DNA of 63,433 nucleotides, counting the filler, from Octopus bimaculoides (taxonomy: Eukaryota), in the NCBI RefSeq assembly GCF_001194135.2. It is 6 parts of 6 records of this genome, joined end to end, with 100 filler letters (N's around TTAATTAATTAA, not from the genome) between each part and the next. Parts side by side here need not be neighbours in the genome. Positions count along the whole stretch, not along the records: positions 62,126 to 63,433 come from NW_026399674.1; 5 more parts are not named here. One strand, given 5' to 3'. Shown piece after piece: positions 62,126 through 63,433 of the stretch. The position numbers and the translations under genes are program-made. The notes beneath the pieces are model-generated. The model was not told the origin of the DNA, ran no database searches, and saw only the letters and a program-made list of their open reading frames with translations. How positions within the stretch are numbered: position 1 is the first letter of the stretch; each line of letters starts with the position of its first letter.

Positions 62126-63307
62126 TGGCTCACAAAAGGGAAAACCATCTTAATTCCCAAATCCACGGAAACGGATAAACCGCAAAACTATAGACCTATA
62201 ACCTGTTTTCCTACGATCTACAAAGCCTTTACTGCAATAATATCGCAGAGATTGAGTAAGCACCTGGAAAATAACAACCTGTTTCCAGAAGAGCAGAAGG
62301 GATGCTGCAAGGGCTCATACGGCTGTAAAGATCAATTATTGATCAATAAAGCCATAACTGAAGACAGCCGCAGAAAGAAGAAAGGCCTCAGTATGGCCTG
62401 GGTGGACTACCAAAAGGCTTTCGAAGTGTTCCCCACACGTGGATTCTGGAAACACTTTCCATAAACAAGGTGGCACCAATTATTATAAAATACATAAGGC
62501 ACTCAATGAACAAATGTCAGACAATGCTATAGCTCCAAACAAAAGAGGGACTTGTGAAAACGAAAGCCATGCCCATTAGAAGAGGAATATTCCAGGGAGA
62601 CACGCTCTCTCCACTCCTGTTCTGCCTGGCACTCACACCTTTAACTGAATTGCTAAATAGAACTGGATGCGGATACAAATGTTACGGAAAACAGTCAGCC
62701 ACCTTTTATGTCTGGATGACCTAAAATTATACGTTAAAATAACAGAGAGCTGGAAACACTACTACAGACAGTACATGGCTTTACCAAGGAAATAGATATG
62801 AAATTCGGATTAGAAAAATGTGCCAAAGCAACCCTGAAAAGAAGAAAAATAGTTAAAAGTAGCAACATCACACTAGATAAAGCCAATGAAATAAAAGAAT
62901 TAGACGAAAGCCAGCCATACAAATATTTAGGAATCAATAAACTAGATAGGATATAACACACACAAATGAAAGAGAAAATAAAGACAGAATACTATAGACG
63001 AGTTAGATCAATACTAAAAACAGAACTCAATGCTAAAAACAAGATAATGGGTATTAATACTTTAGCCGTCCTAGTTATAAGTTACAACTACAATATCCTT
63101 AACTGGACACTAAACGAACTATCTAAAATAGACAGGAAAACAAGAAAAATAATGACAGGATATAGGATGCATAACAAAAACACCAGGACTTATAAATATA
63201 TATAACATAGACAAAATTGCACTACTGGGCACTACACATCCTACGCAAAACAGATTCAATGCAGTAACCATAAGAGCATCACAGCAAATCACAGCACATA
63301 CCCAAGT
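62126..63307 (+). pseudogene. R4-clade reverse transcriptase pseudogene joined directly to the ORF C-terminus
   Basis: GKTILIPK...NYRPITC, EQKGC..GSYGCKDQLLIN, AWVDYQKAF, RGIFQGDTLSPLLFC, HLL.LDDLKLY, FGLEKCA, YKYLGI, IDRKTRKIMT; then KIALLGT.H-ILRK...Q* at 63171-63267. Several frameshifts. Confidence 0.92.
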
Positions 63308-63433
63308 AATGTAAATATAAGGATGAAAATGGATTTGTTGTACTTGAGAACGACAACCCCTGGCGACCAAACATTTATGAGTAACTATTTTGTAGACAGC
63401 AACCTTCAACCTTCAGAAGCACGACCAATATAT

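Overview
Animal genomic DNA from a gapped draft assembly. It is AT-rich and saturated with microsatellites. The repeat families point to a coleoid cephalopod, most likely Octopus (inference, no database check). I recognise no intact host protein-coding gene, rRNA, functional tRNA or CRISPR array; most listed ORFs are artefacts of N runs or microsatellites. The window is a transposable-element graveyard. It holds a DD34D mariner, three DD37D (maT-type) Tc1/mariner relics, a Merlin (IS1595/ISXO2-like) element with long microsatellite-containing inverted repeats, and a hAT MITE with a perfect 8-bp TSD. It also holds three Penelope-like element (PLE) relics with a CxCx5C + GIY-YIG endonuclease, three R4-clade non-LTR fragments, RTE and CR1-like LINE scraps, and over 30 SINE-like copies in about six families. 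Best leads: a near-canonical type I hammerhead ribozyme (6292-6434, minus) downstream of the best-preserved PLE; two perfect pre-miRNA-sized hairpins (28860-28911, 40192-40265); R4 5' junctions at AAT tracts, one fused to a tRNA-like pol III head; and modular SINEs that seed microsatellites and form inverted pairs. Five identical 100-bp N44-TTAATTAATTAA-N44 spacers are assembly joins, so adjacency across them is not evidence.
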